Source of the DNA: Pyrinomonadaceae bacterium
GTDB taxonomy: Bacteria > Acidobacteriota > Blastocatellia > Pyrinomonadales > Pyrinomonadaceae
Direction of reading: 5' to 3'
Length of the DNA: 64,000 nt
NCBI GenBank assembly: GCA_030841105.1
Contig: JAVEDE010000012.1
Coordinates: forward strand, 7,079 to 71,078
In this document: positions 29,452 to 38,246 of the stretch, in pieces
Layout: each line of letters starts with the position of its first letter
Position numbering within the stretch: the first letter of the stretch is position 1
The notes under the pieces: model-generated
Told to the model about the DNA's origin: nothing
Database searches by the model: none
Seen by the model: the letters and a program-made list of their open reading frames with translations, nothing else
Program-made: the position numbers and the translations under genes

Positions 29452-29988
29452 TTATTTTGCGGTGCGTGGGCTGAGCGCAGAAACTATGTCATCCACTCTC
29501 TCAGGGTATGTTGCTTTGAGCTTCCTTAGAGCGTCTTTAATTATCCAATCAGTGTGAGGATTCTTCACCGATGCCCAAGCTCCGCAGACATTCAAGGTAA
29601 ACTCAGGGTGATAGTTGCCCGCGTTCCTCAGCACGTTAGCGACCGACTTCTTCACGTAAATACTTGCGTCGGCTTTGAGCCTTTCAAGCACGGGCAAAAC
29701 CTTCTCAGGCTCTTTACGAGCGACCCCCCTCAGTCCTTCGCTGGCGGCTCTCCTAATGTTCGGGTCGGCGTGGTCAGCCCAAAGAATCATTTCCTCGATA
29801 ATCTGGTCAGGCTGTTTCTTACCAACTTCGACAAGTATTGTGGCGGCGACTTCGCGCTCTTTCCAATCCGCGCTGCTGGCTAATCTCATTATCGCGGGGA
29901 ATGTCCGGCGCGGGTCAACGACCCCCTGCCGAACAATATCCGCCACGTCATATACTTTAGTGACCGTCGGTTTTGAATGAGTTGCCAT
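29452..29988 (-). CDS. HEAT-repeat protein, DNA alkylation repair (AlkC/AlkD-like) family
   Basis: DPNIRRAASEGLR, LKADASIYVKKSVANVLR, TDWIIKDALRKL. Confidence 0.7.
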   Translation of the reverse strand: MATHSKPTVTKVYDVADIVRQGVVDPRRTFPAIMRLASSADWKEREVAATILVEVGKKQPDQIIEEMILWADHADPNIRRAASEGLRGVARKEPEKVLPVLERLKADASIYVKKSVANVLRNAGNYHPEFTLNVCGAWASVKNPHTDWIIKDALRKLKATYPERVDDIVSALSPRTAK

Positions 29989-30002
29989 TTCGCATCCGTA
30001 AC

Positions 30003-30311
30003 TCAGATGCCCCACTTATTTACAATCAGACCAATGATGAGACCGCCGACTGCTCCCAAGATGAGGATAGGAGCGTATGCCTTTGTAATGATGGCATCCG
30101 GCAGACTCAGCAGCACGCCGAAGATGAGACCCTGCGCCCAACCCGGCACGGGTAGCCGCGCCGCACCGATAACGAAGCCGATGGCGAAGCGGTTGAGGAA
30201 TGCCCCAAAGAGGGCGGCTCGCTTATCAGGGAAGGAGAGTGGGAGCATGGAGGCAACAGATAGTGCGCCATAGGCAAGACCGCAGATTGTACCGAGCAGG
30301 AGACGGGACAT
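30003..30311 (-). CDS. Small 4-TM membrane protein
   Basis: 102 aa, Gly-rich hydrophobic helices; 14 bp upstream of the HEAT gene. Confidence 0.7.
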   Translation of the reverse strand: MSRLLLGTICGLAYGALSVASMLPLSFPDKRAALFGAFLNRFAIGFVIGAARLPVPGWAQGLIFGVLLSLPDAIITKAYAPILILGAVGGLIIGLIVNKWGI

Positions 30312-30446
30312 AAAGTGGAGGCCACAGATGGAGTAAGAGAGCGGGCAGATTAAAGCATAGCCGTCACTTTGCCAACAAGGGTAAGGCGGGTGATGAGATA
30401 CCAATAGTTCAAGTAAAACCCCTTTATAGGTCAAATACACGCAAAC

Positions 30447-30489
30447 AAACGGGCATTCAGGGGCGATTAAAGCTCCCGAATGCCCGTTT
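30447..30489. terminator. Hairpin/terminator
   Basis: AAACGGGCATTC...GAATGCCCGTTT. Confidence 0.55.
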
Positions 30490-30632
30490 TGCCTTTGGCT
30501 CTAAGTAAATATTTCTGCCGCCAAAATATTACCCATCAAGTTGGAAAAGAACTATTGACTTAACGGATTATGCCCCCGACAATTTATAGACAGGCAGGGA
30601 GTTTGTTAGAAGAAAGGGCTTGGTGGTCGTAC

Positions 30633-30857
30633 ATGAAAATTAAAATTGATGGGACTCGTAACGACAGGAGGAATGAGGAATGGTCATATCTCTGCTTTGA
30701 CGAAGAAACGGGAGAATTTTATATCGAATCTCATTGGGACTATGCTCTCCATTCCAATGGAGTGAGTAAAAGCACGCTTGCCGAGGCAAAACAAAGGGAC
30801 AAAACGCGGTATGATAAAGCCGTGAAAATCATCAAAGAAAAGCTCTTTACAGAATAG
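30633..30857 (+). CDS. Small hypothetical protein (74 aa)
   Basis: Protein-like ORF MKIKIDGTRND... inside the element. Confidence 0.5.
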   Translation: MKIKIDGTRNDRRNEEWSYLCFDEETGEFYIESHWDYALHSNGVSKSTLAEAKQRDKTRYDKAVKIIKEKLFTE

Positions 30858-31036
30858 TTTAGAGCCCCTCTTTACAGCCTAGCGGTGAAACCTATAAGCC
30901 CAATTTATACAATAATTAGCCGGATGTGCGCCGCCGAAGCACTCCCTAACCTCTTCAACCACAACAATTAGCCGCGAAAAGTGGTTTTATACAAACTAAA
31001 CTGCTGATAGCAAAGAGGTTAAGTCGCCTGTAGGGC

Positions 31037-31065
31037 TTGACAAAATGGGGTTTTCATGGGATACT
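31037..31065 (+). promoter_or_regulatory. sigma70-type promoter
   Basis: TTGACA-17bp-GATACT with extended -10 TG. Confidence 0.65.
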
Positions 31066-31070
31066 GAGAC

Positions 31071-31530
31071 CGTACAAGAGTTCTGCCGGGGTGACTATAA
31101 ATCTCCATCTTGTACCGTGTGTGGGTAGGGCTTGCTATACATGAAGTTGACAATGAGCGAATACGCTGAGACTCGCATTTAGCCGAAAAAGCTATCTCGA
31201 TAGAACAGAAGTTCTTTATGCGGTAAGAGAAACAACTTACCCTGCTCGTCAACCCTGCTTCTCGTGACGCACGTAATAATGACCCGTTCAGGCTCAGAAC
31301 ACCTGAATATACAGCGCGAGAGAACTAGCACGTAAACGAGTGACCGAAAGCTATACTGCATTCGTAAAACGTAAGACCTAAAGGGTAGGTCTACGTGTCT
31401 CTCGTTCCCTCTGCTTCCTGCACCTCAAAGCCTCTCAAAGCTTTACATAGTGTCTTAAGTGGGGGGCAAGTGGCGTAAGCCACGCGCAGCGTAGGCGAAG
31501 GCCGAAGCGAAGGGTGCGAAGCACCTGAAC
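31071..31530 (+). ncRNA. Candidate structured non-coding RNA / replication-origin region
   Basis: Starts just after the promoter with a GTACAAGA/TCTTGTAC stem; many nested stems; ends in a G6 run and GCGAAGC-type mini-hairpins; no credible plus-strand ORF. Confidence 0.4.
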
Positions 31531-31659
31531 AATAACCAAACTAACAACTGTGAGACTGATTAAAACAGTAGATAGAGAACAATGAAGTAGTGTGTTTATA
31601 AATAACTTGAATTTATTGTTTGCGTCGGAAGAATGACCTTGTGTAGAGGACAAATATTT

Positions 31660-32100
31660 ATGACTACTGATTATGAGCAAGCTAAAGAAAAATTGTTTGA
31701 ATTGAGGCGTGAAGATGGGGGGCTGGCTAACGCCGTTCGTGCTGCGGTAGCGGCTGGCGATGCTGTGGAGGTCGCCAGATTGAAGCGCAGACAGGCAGAT
31801 TTGCCTTCCGAGCTTTATACGGCGGAGGTCATGCAACGTCAGGCTAACGTCGTCAGGCTGCGGGCGGAAGTTGCGGCGGTTCAGAACCGCGTTGACGCCG
31901 AGGGAGCGCGTAGTAAAGAGATAGACGCCCGCGTAGTTGCATCCCTGCGAGTTCTTGACGAAGAAAGGCAGCGTATCAATCAAGAGGCGATGGGCGCACT
32001 CACAGCAAAGTACGCTGCTCAAAACGATTTCCAAAAGCTGTATAGCGAACTTGTGGAGGCGCAAAGGGCACTTTCCGAATTGCTTAACAAAGCTGCCTAA
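31660..32100 (+). CDS. Coiled-coil hypothetical protein
   Basis: GAGGA RBS; heptad-rich all-helical sequence. Confidence 0.7.
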   Translation: MTTDYEQAKEKLFELRREDGGLANAVRAAVAAGDAVEVARLKRRQADLPSELYTAEVMQRQANVVRLRAEVAAVQNRVDAEGARSKEIDARVVASLRVLDEERQRINQEAMGALTAKYAAQNDFQKLYSELVEAQRALSELLNKAA

Positions 32101-32471
32101 CGCTTGATTAAATATGTCTCGCTACTTGTCAAGTTAGTGCCGCCCATTAGTAGAGGTTGAAGGCCATTAAGCGTTACTGAAAGCCGTTTTTGTGTGCAGC
32201 GTTAAGAAGGTGAGTGTTTGCGCGTAGAGGGTTTGCGGTTAGCAAAAATTAACAAGCCGTACTTTACCCACCCTATACCCCTACTTGGTGCTTCTCCTCC
32301 ATCTGTCACAGTTCATGGGAAAAGCTGGTAGCTTTTAGGCGGGCTACTGAGGATACGGGTAAGCCTATGCTGATTACTATTACGCCGCTAACAGGCGGCG
32401 AACCCCTTCGCATAATCTTGAAGTCTCCGCTTTATTGTGAAGGGGTAGATATTAAACGGGAGTAAAAAGAA

Positions 32472-32678
32472 ATGGAAGAAAAGAAAATTACAAGCGCAAT
32501 TAGTGAAAGGCAGTTCGCGGCGGCAGTTAATCTAAGTTACGCGAAGGTGAAGCAAATGCGACAGAGAGGTCTAATTACTCATTCCAGAGTCGGGCGCAGG
32601 ATTCTCTATAAGTTTCCCGACCACGTTGAACTATTTCTTAGTAACTACGAGCAAGCCGCTTGCATTCATTCTCTGTAA
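32472..32678 (+). CDS. Excisionase-like winged-HTH DNA-binding protein
   Basis: ISERQFAAAVNLSYAKVKQMRQRGLITHSRVGRRILY, HTH_17/Xis pattern; GGGAG RBS. Confidence 0.75.
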   Translation: MEEKKITSAISERQFAAAVNLSYAKVKQMRQRGLITHSRVGRRILYKFPDHVELFLSNYEQAACIHSL

Positions 32679-32715
32679 ATAACGGTTTCGCAGAGATAAA
32701 TAAGAGTTAGTTATT

Positions 32716-33561
32716 CTAGTCTCTATCCAGATTTAGCATCGTATTACAAAACTCTGCACCATGAGTCTGACACCAACAACTACCAAGTCTCCATGCAGTA
32801 TCAAAATCAAAAATGGGATTTGCTGAAACGTCAACCGGCTTCCACAAGTCCTTCTTAGTACCATACGGGCAACCGCATGTTTGACGAGCATGTTCATCAG
32901 TAATACGTTCATAGAAGCGGCTAGAAACTAACAGGTCGTCTGCCTCTCCAATAGCCGCTAATTTTGCAGCCATATTTACGGGCTTACCTGCCCATACCTC
33001 ATTTTGACGGTCTGTGCGTTGACTAATACGCCTTAACCCAAGCCTTCTTACTAGAACTGTCTTTTGGTCTATACCAATATGTGCGCCGAGGTCTAAACCT
33101 GTCTTATCCTTCATCGTAGGTGCAAATACCTTCGCTGCAAATGTCTTGAAACTAACTGCTGCGGCGAGAGCACGGTACACCTGATTACGATTGAACATTG
33201 CGAAAACTCCATCACCTCTTACATCTATATATGGGGCTTCAAAAGTGTCAAACAATCGAACTGCCGTACCCGTGAAAAATTGATAAGCTTTAGCTGTGCT
33301 TCGGTCATGCGTAATTGCGCTCAATTGAGTTGAATTTTTCATGTCAACGAAAACGCATGTTAGGTCTTGAATCTTAAGCCACCGAGGAGCATCAAGTGGG
33401 ATAGTGTTCGTGTCCGGTATCTCATCCACGCTAATAACATCTACCCCTTCCTTGAATTCCGCAGTTTGCTTTTCAATAACTGAGAGATATTGTTCAGGGA
33501 GTTGTGAAGAGTTTATAACGTGTCGTTTGATAGGGGCAGGGTCTTTCCAAAATTTAATCAT
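32716..33561 (-). CDS. pycC: Class III nucleotide cyclase, Pycsar pyrimidine cyclase
   Basis: FVDMKNST and GDGVF metal-binding Asps, HIGID, WAGKPVNMAAKL; C-terminal CGC...WCxxHxxxxC; adjacent to PycTM-like gene. Confidence 0.8.
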   Translation of the reverse strand: MIKFWKDPAPIKRHVINSSQLPEQYLSVIEKQTAEFKEGVDVISVDEIPDTNTIPLDAPRWLKIQDLTCVFVDMKNSTQLSAITHDRSTAKAYQFFTGTAVRLFDTFEAPYIDVRGDGVFAMFNRNQVYRALAAAVSFKTFAAKVFAPTMKDKTGLDLGAHIGIDQKTVLVRRLGLRRISQRTDRQNEVWAGKPVNMAAKLAAIGEADDLLVSSRFYERITDEHARQTCGCPYGTKKDLWKPVDVSANPIFDFDTAWRLGSCWCQTHGAEFCNTMLNLDRD

Positions 33562-33706
33562 AAGCCACCAATCCTTGTGAGCGATAACAAATAGCGAGGT
33601 TATTAGCGGTTTATAGCACCCTTTAGTTTCAATTGCAATACCCAGTTTCATTGATGCAACGAAAAAAGGAAAGTCACTTTAAGGGATTGATTACGTAAAG
33701 AGTGAT

Positions 33707-34363
33707 TTATGAATGAGGTTGCGAGGTTAAATCAGCTTTATTAACACTTACATCTTGGGTTGCTGTGTCTTTGGTCGCTTCAATACTTACTGGCTTTGAA
33801 GGTGATTTTCGGGGTGTTTTAGGCTTTATCTTGTTCTTCGGCCTAATAAACATAAACGCTATGACGGCAAGAATCGGCGTCAAAATTCCTGCTACAGCGA
33901 ACCAAATTGCATAGCTAAAATAGTTATATTTGCTGAGAGTTATTTGCGAGTTGATAGTAATTTGTTGTGCATAATCGAATTCTAGCCTCGGATTCTTTGA
34001 CTCAGGCTCTTCATAACGTGTGCGTAATTCAGTTAGATACTCGTCCGGAGTGTACTTAGCTATATGTCCATAGAACAAAAGATTATCGGTTTCATGCCTG
34101 TCGTCTTTAGGCTTTGATTGCAAAATTTTAGTCTTAGGTATTACAGACAGGAGCGCAGCTAAAGCTGATAAGACAACGAAGAAAATAAACGAATGTAGAT
34201 AAATGTAGAGCCAAAGTGCCAGCCCATTATCTTTACTTAGAATTAAAGTTAGAGCACCAAACAAAGCGGCAGCATCGGCTGCAATGATTGCAGCATTCTT
34301 AGTCTCAGCGAATTTTAACCATTCATTTACGTTGGCGAAAATTCCTTTGAGTCGTTCTTCCAC
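33707..34363 (-). CDS. pycTM: Pycsar transmembrane effector (DUF5706-like)
   Basis: NEWLKFAETKNA, TM pair, NLLFYGHIA, QITINSQITLSKY, third TM. Confidence 0.82.
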   Translation of the reverse strand: MEERLKGIFANVNEWLKFAETKNAAIIAADAAALFGALTLILSKDNGLALWLYIYLHSFIFFVVLSALAALLSVIPKTKILQSKPKDDRHETDNLLFYGHIAKYTPDEYLTELRTRYEEPESKNPRLEFDYAQQITINSQITLSKYNYFSYAIWFAVAGILTPILAVIAFMFIRPKNKIKPKTPRKSPSKPVSIEATKDTATQDVSVNKADLTSQPHS

Positions 34364-34385
34364 TGGATTGTGCTCCGATTATCCG

Positions 34386-34634
34386 TTAGGGCTTCGTCAG
34401 TCTTTTACCACTTACGTTTTTCTTCTTTTCTAAGACTCGAACGATTAAGTCTGCTGGCTCGCACCCTATCGCCTCACACAGAGTCTCAATAGTGTCCAGC
34501 CCAATCATCTTCATATCACCACGCCACAACCGCGCAGCCGTTCCGGGCGGGACGTTCATTCGCTTCTGTAGCTGATAGGCAGTTGTAATGCCTCGCGCTT
34601 CTGCCGCTTCTCTTATCCTTAGTTCAACAACCAT
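34386..34634 (-). CDS. XRE/Cro-C1 HTH transcriptional regulator
   Basis: LRIREAAEARGITTAYQL...LDTIETLCEAIGCEPADLI (HTH_26-like). Confidence 0.85.
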   Translation of the reverse strand: MVVELRIREAAEARGITTAYQLQKRMNVPPGTAARLWRGDMKMIGLDTIETLCEAIGCEPADLIVRVLEKKKNVSGKRLTKP

Positions 34635-34761
34635 AAAACGCAGCATAGCACAAAAAATATTCGCAGAAAAGATGTTATTCTCTTGTATAATATTATCAAA
34701 TCTGCTACTATTCCTTTGACAGTCGGGAATGCCGACAACCTCAAAACCGGAGACAAGAACA

Positions 34762-35064
34762 GTGATTGAACTCATCAGCGCAGACCAACTAGCCAAAGCC
34801 ACTGAGCGAGCCAAAGCGGGCAACCTCTTCGTCCAGCCTACAAGTTTCCTTCGGCAATATCGTGTAGTCAACCGCGACAACGGCAATCAGTATTACGTTG
34901 ATTTCTTCGTTCGTAACGGCAAGCGATACGGTCAGTGTACGTGCAAGGCTGGAATGAATAACAGGCAATGCAAACATTTGAGCGTGGCGGCGGGCTACCA
35001 CGTTATGAGAATGGCAGCGAAACGCGAAGCCGAAAGAATTGCTTTGATGCCGCAAGCAGCCTAA
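34762..35064 (+). CDS. SWIM zinc-finger protein (GTG start)
   Basis: YxV...CTCKAGMNNRQCKH; GGAG RBS. Confidence 0.8.
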   Translation: MIELISADQLAKATERAKAGNLFVQPTSFLRQYRVVNRDNGNQYYVDFFVRNGKRYGQCTCKAGMNNRQCKHLSVAAGYHVMRMAAKREAERIALMPQAA

Positions 35065-35135
35065 GCAAACGGAGAGGTAAGTGCTGGAACACTTGCCTCT
35101 CCTACACCTACTTTCCCAAAACCGGAGAAAATCAG

Positions 35136-35447
35136 ATGCGAGCAGAAATTACCACTACAGCAATAACCAACACAACGCCACGCTTCCTACTTGGGAAAAT
35201 GGTAATGACTCAAGGCGCGGCGGCAGCTTTAGATGAAGCCGGACAGTCGCCCTTTGAATTTCTGAACCGTCACCAGCGTGGGGATTGGGGCGAAGTTTGC
35301 GATGAGGATAGGCAGGAGAATCAACTATCATTGCGGAAAGGCTTCCGACTGCTTAGCGTTTATCATACTAAGAGGGGCGTGAAGCTTTATGTAATAACGG
35401 AGTGGGACAGGTCGGTAACAACGCTGCTATTGAGCGAAGATTACTGA
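35136..35447 (+). CDS. Small mobile-element protein with HxxGDWG motif
   Basis: LGKMVMTQG, HQRGDWG, RLLSVY, ITEWDRSVTTLLLSEDY; resembles an uncharacterised plasmid/ICE family. Confidence 0.75.
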   Translation: MRAEITTTAITNTTPRFLLGKMVMTQGAAAALDEAGQSPFEFLNRHQRGDWGEVCDEDRQENQLSLRKGFRLLSVYHTKRGVKLYVITEWDRSVTTLLLSEDY

Positions 35448-35582
35448 GCGGAATACAATTCAGGCGAGCCGCTTCCTCTGAGGCGGCTTAATCCTTAAAT
35501 TCGATATGTTGGAAGGTCAAGAAGGTGTGAACGTGTCCTTGAAAGTGTCCATCAACGAAAACAGCCACCTACGTGGCGGCTG

Positions 35583-35595
35583 TAACCTGTTGATA
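35583..35595 (-). promoter_or_regulatory. IHF binding site beside the att core
   Basis: Minus strand TATCAACAGGTTA = WATCAANNNNTTR. Confidence 0.6.
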
Positions 35596-35600
35596 TAAAG

Positions 35601-35676
<76 letters not shown>

Positions 35677-35704
35677 TTTAGTTCATCTGAACAACGGTAA
35701 AACT

Positions 35705-35734
35705 AACTTACCCGAACACCTTAGCGGCTGTCAA
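35705..35734 (-). promoter_or_regulatory. Probable tRNA promoter
   Basis: TTGACA-18bp-TAAGTT ~30 nt upstream of the tRNA. Confidence 0.45.
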
Positions 35735-35952
35735 ACGCGACGCGCACGACGCGCGCGCGGCAGACACGTTGGATGCCGCGAAACGATGAAAAGTAGGCCA
35801 CGGGTGTGCTTTAAAATGGCGCGGCGGGCGCATGCATGTCCCGCTCGCGTCGCTCTAAAATTCCCGCGCCGCGCCCGCCGCCGTCGAATTTCGGCTACAA
35901 TCAGCGCGACGCAATTCAATCTAAAGACTGCCCCGCGGCAAACACCTTCGGG

Positions 35953-36798
35953 ATGAAAACTTCCTATCCGATTCTCGATCCGCACGCGCCGGAGACGCAC
36001 CGGACGCGCGGGCGTTGTGCGCTCGGCGTGATGATCAAAGCCCCGCGCGCGGGCGCGTCTAAGACGCGACTCGTGCCGCCGCTGACGCACGAAGAGGCGG
36101 CGCGGCTGAGCGTCGCGTTCCTCCGCGACACGGCTGCGAACATGGCGGACGCGTGCGCCGAAGATTCGGACGGCGAAGTTCACGCGGTCGCCGTCTACAC
36201 GCCCGCGGGCGCGGAAGACGAGTTCGACAAACTGCTGCCGCCCACATTCGCGCTGCTCGCGCAACGCGGCGACACCTTCGGCGCACGCCTCTTCAACGCC
36301 GCGTCCGATCTGCTCCGGCTCGGCTACGAGTCCTGCTGCCTGATTGATTCCGACAGCCCGACGCTCCCGCGCGCCCTGCTCACGGCGGCGCTGGCAGAAC
36401 TCCGACGCCCCGGCGACCGCCTCGTGCTCGGCCCGGCGGACGACGGCGGCTATTATTTGATCGGCATGAAGCGCGCGCGCGCGCGTCTCTTTGAAGAGAT
36501 CGCGTGGAGCACCGCTGATGTGTTAGCCCAGACCGTCGAGCGCGCGCGCGAAATCAAACTCGACGTGGGACTCCTGCCCGCTTGGTACGACGTGGACGAC
36601 GCTCAGACGCTCAGACGCCTCTGCGTCGAACTATTCGACGCGCCGAACAGTGACGACGACGCCGACGACGCGTGCGACGCGAGACTCGCGCCTTACCCCG
36701 CGCCGCACACACGCGCCGAACTCGCGCGCCTGCTCGAAGGCGAGGCGCGCGCGCGCCTTCTGGCGGAAGCCGCCGCGCGTGAGGGACACGTCGCATGA
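35953..36798 (+). CDS. DUF2064/TIGR04282-like transferase (GT-A/CofC-like fold)
   Basis: KAPRAGASKTRL, QRGDTFGARL, DSDSPTLP, LGPADDGGYYLIG, WYDVDD. Confidence 0.85.
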   Translation: MKTSYPILDPHAPETHRTRGRCALGVMIKAPRAGASKTRLVPPLTHEEAARLSVAFLRDTAANMADACAEDSDGEVHAVAVYTPAGAEDEFDKLLPPTFALLAQRGDTFGARLFNAASDLLRLGYESCCLIDSDSPTLPRALLTAALAELRRPGDRLVLGPADDGGYYLIGMKRARARLFEEIAWSTADVLAQTVERAREIKLDVGLLPAWYDVDDAQTLRRLCVELFDAPNSDDDADDACDARLAPYPAPHTRAELARLLEGEARARLLAEAAAREGHVA

Positions 36799-38186
36799 AA
36801 GAGACGCGCGCGAACTCCGCGATGCATCGCGCGGCTGTGATTCATCGCTCGGCGGTGTGGGTGAATGTGCTGCTCCTCGCGCTCGGCCTCGCGTCGCTCG
36901 CGCTCTACAGGTACGGCCTCGGCTTCGACAAAAGTCATAAACTACAGATCGTCTGGTTCATCAAAATCGCGCTGGCGCAGTGTGCGCTCTACGCGCTCGC
37001 GGCGTGGGTCGTGTGGCGCGCGGGCGCGCGGCGTTCGACGCTGCTGGTCGTCGTCATCTTCGCGGCATTGTTTCGTCTGAGCGTGTTGTTCGCGCCGCCG
37101 CTTTTGTCGGACGACATTTATCGTTACGTCTGGGACGGGCGCGTGCAGGCCGCGGGCATCAACCCTTACCGTTACGTCCCGGCCGACGACGCGCTCGCCG
37201 CTTTGCGCGACGCAAGTATCTACCCGAACATCAACCGGCGCGACTTCGCGCCGACCATCTACCCGCCGCTCGCGCAGTTGATCTTTTTCGTCGTGACGCG
37301 CGTGAGCGAATCGGTGTGGTGGATGAAGGTCGTGATGGTGTTGTTCGAGTCGGCCGGGTTGTGCGCGCTCGGCGCGCTGCTCGCTTCGTTCAAACTGCCG
37401 CCGCAGCGCGTACTGCTCGCCGCGTGGCATCCGCTCGCCGTGTGGGAGATTGCGGGCAGCGGACATCTGGACGCGCTCGTCATCTGCTTCGTCGCCTTCG
37501 CGTTGCTGGCGCGGCGCAAGGAGTGGGAGAGTTTCACGGGCGCGCTGCTGGCGTCGGCCGTGCTCGTCAAATTATTTCCACTCGTGCTGTTGCCCGCGTT
37601 CTATCGCAGGGGAAGTTGGCGGATGCCGCTGGCGTTCGTCGTCACGCTCGCGGCGGGTTACGCGCCGTATCTGTCGGTCGGCGCGCGGCGCGTGCTCGGT
37701 TATCTGCCGGGTTACACGGGCGAGGAGGGATTACAGAGCGGCGAGCGATTTTTTCTGCTGCAACTCACGCGTGCTCTCTTCGGCGAGTCGCGCTTCGCGT
37801 TCGCGGCTTACGTCGCGTTCGCGCTGTTAGTCATGGGCGCGCTCGCCGTTTGGTGTCTGCTCAAACGCGAACGCGACGGACGCGATTACGTGCGGCGCGC
37901 GGCCTTGCTGGCGACGGCGTTCACCGTCCTGTTGTCGCCGCATTACACTTGGTACTTCGCGTGGCTCGTCGTCTTCATGTGCGTCGCGGGCGCGCACACG
38001 CTTGCGCCGCTGCTGTGTCTGACGGCCGCATCGTTCATGCTCTACGGCACTTGGCTCGGCGACGCACCCGCCGACATGCTGCGGCTCAACGCGTCTATCT
38101 ATCTGCCGGCCGTCGTGCTCGTCGTCATCGCGTGTTATTGGCGGCGCGGCGCGAAGAGAGTTGATAACTTGCGCGCGGCGACTTGA
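36795..38186 (+). CDS. Polytopic GT-C (GT87-like) glycosyltransferase
   Basis: LSDDIYRYVWDG, GINPY, TIYPP, SGHLD; many TMs; 4-bp overlap with the upstream gene. Confidence 0.82.
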   Translation: MKETRANSAMHRAAVIHRSAVWVNVLLLALGLASLALYRYGLGFDKSHKLQIVWFIKIALAQCALYALAAWVVWRAGARRSTLLVVVIFAALFRLSVLFAPPLLSDDIYRYVWDGRVQAAGINPYRYVPADDALAALRDASIYPNINRRDFAPTIYPPLAQLIFFVVTRVSESVWWMKVVMVLFESAGLCALGALLASFKLPPQRVLLAAWHPLAVWEIAGSGHLDALVICFVAFALLARRKEWESFTGALLASAVLVKLFPLVLLPAFYRRGSWRMPLAFVVTLAAGYAPYLSVGARRVLGYLPGYTGEEGLQSGERFFLLQLTRALFGESRFAFAAYVAFALLVMGALAVWCLLKRERDGRDYVRRAALLATAFTVLLSPHYTWYFAWLVVFMCVAGAHTLAPLLCLTAASFMLYGTWLGDAPADMLRLNASIYLPAVVLVVIACYWRRGAKRVDNLRAAT

Positions 38187-38246
38187 AGTAGTTGGGGGCG
38201 GCGACGTGAAGCAGTTGCGGTAAACGAACGGGGAGGGGATGAGAAG

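Noticed and set aside
31071..31530. Retron msr-msd or group II intron
   Set aside because: No reverse transcriptase in the element or window; no domain V-like motif seen
31435..32064. 209-aa minus-strand ORF in the element
   Set aside because: Antisense shadow of the coiled-coil gene, which has the RBS and protein-like composition
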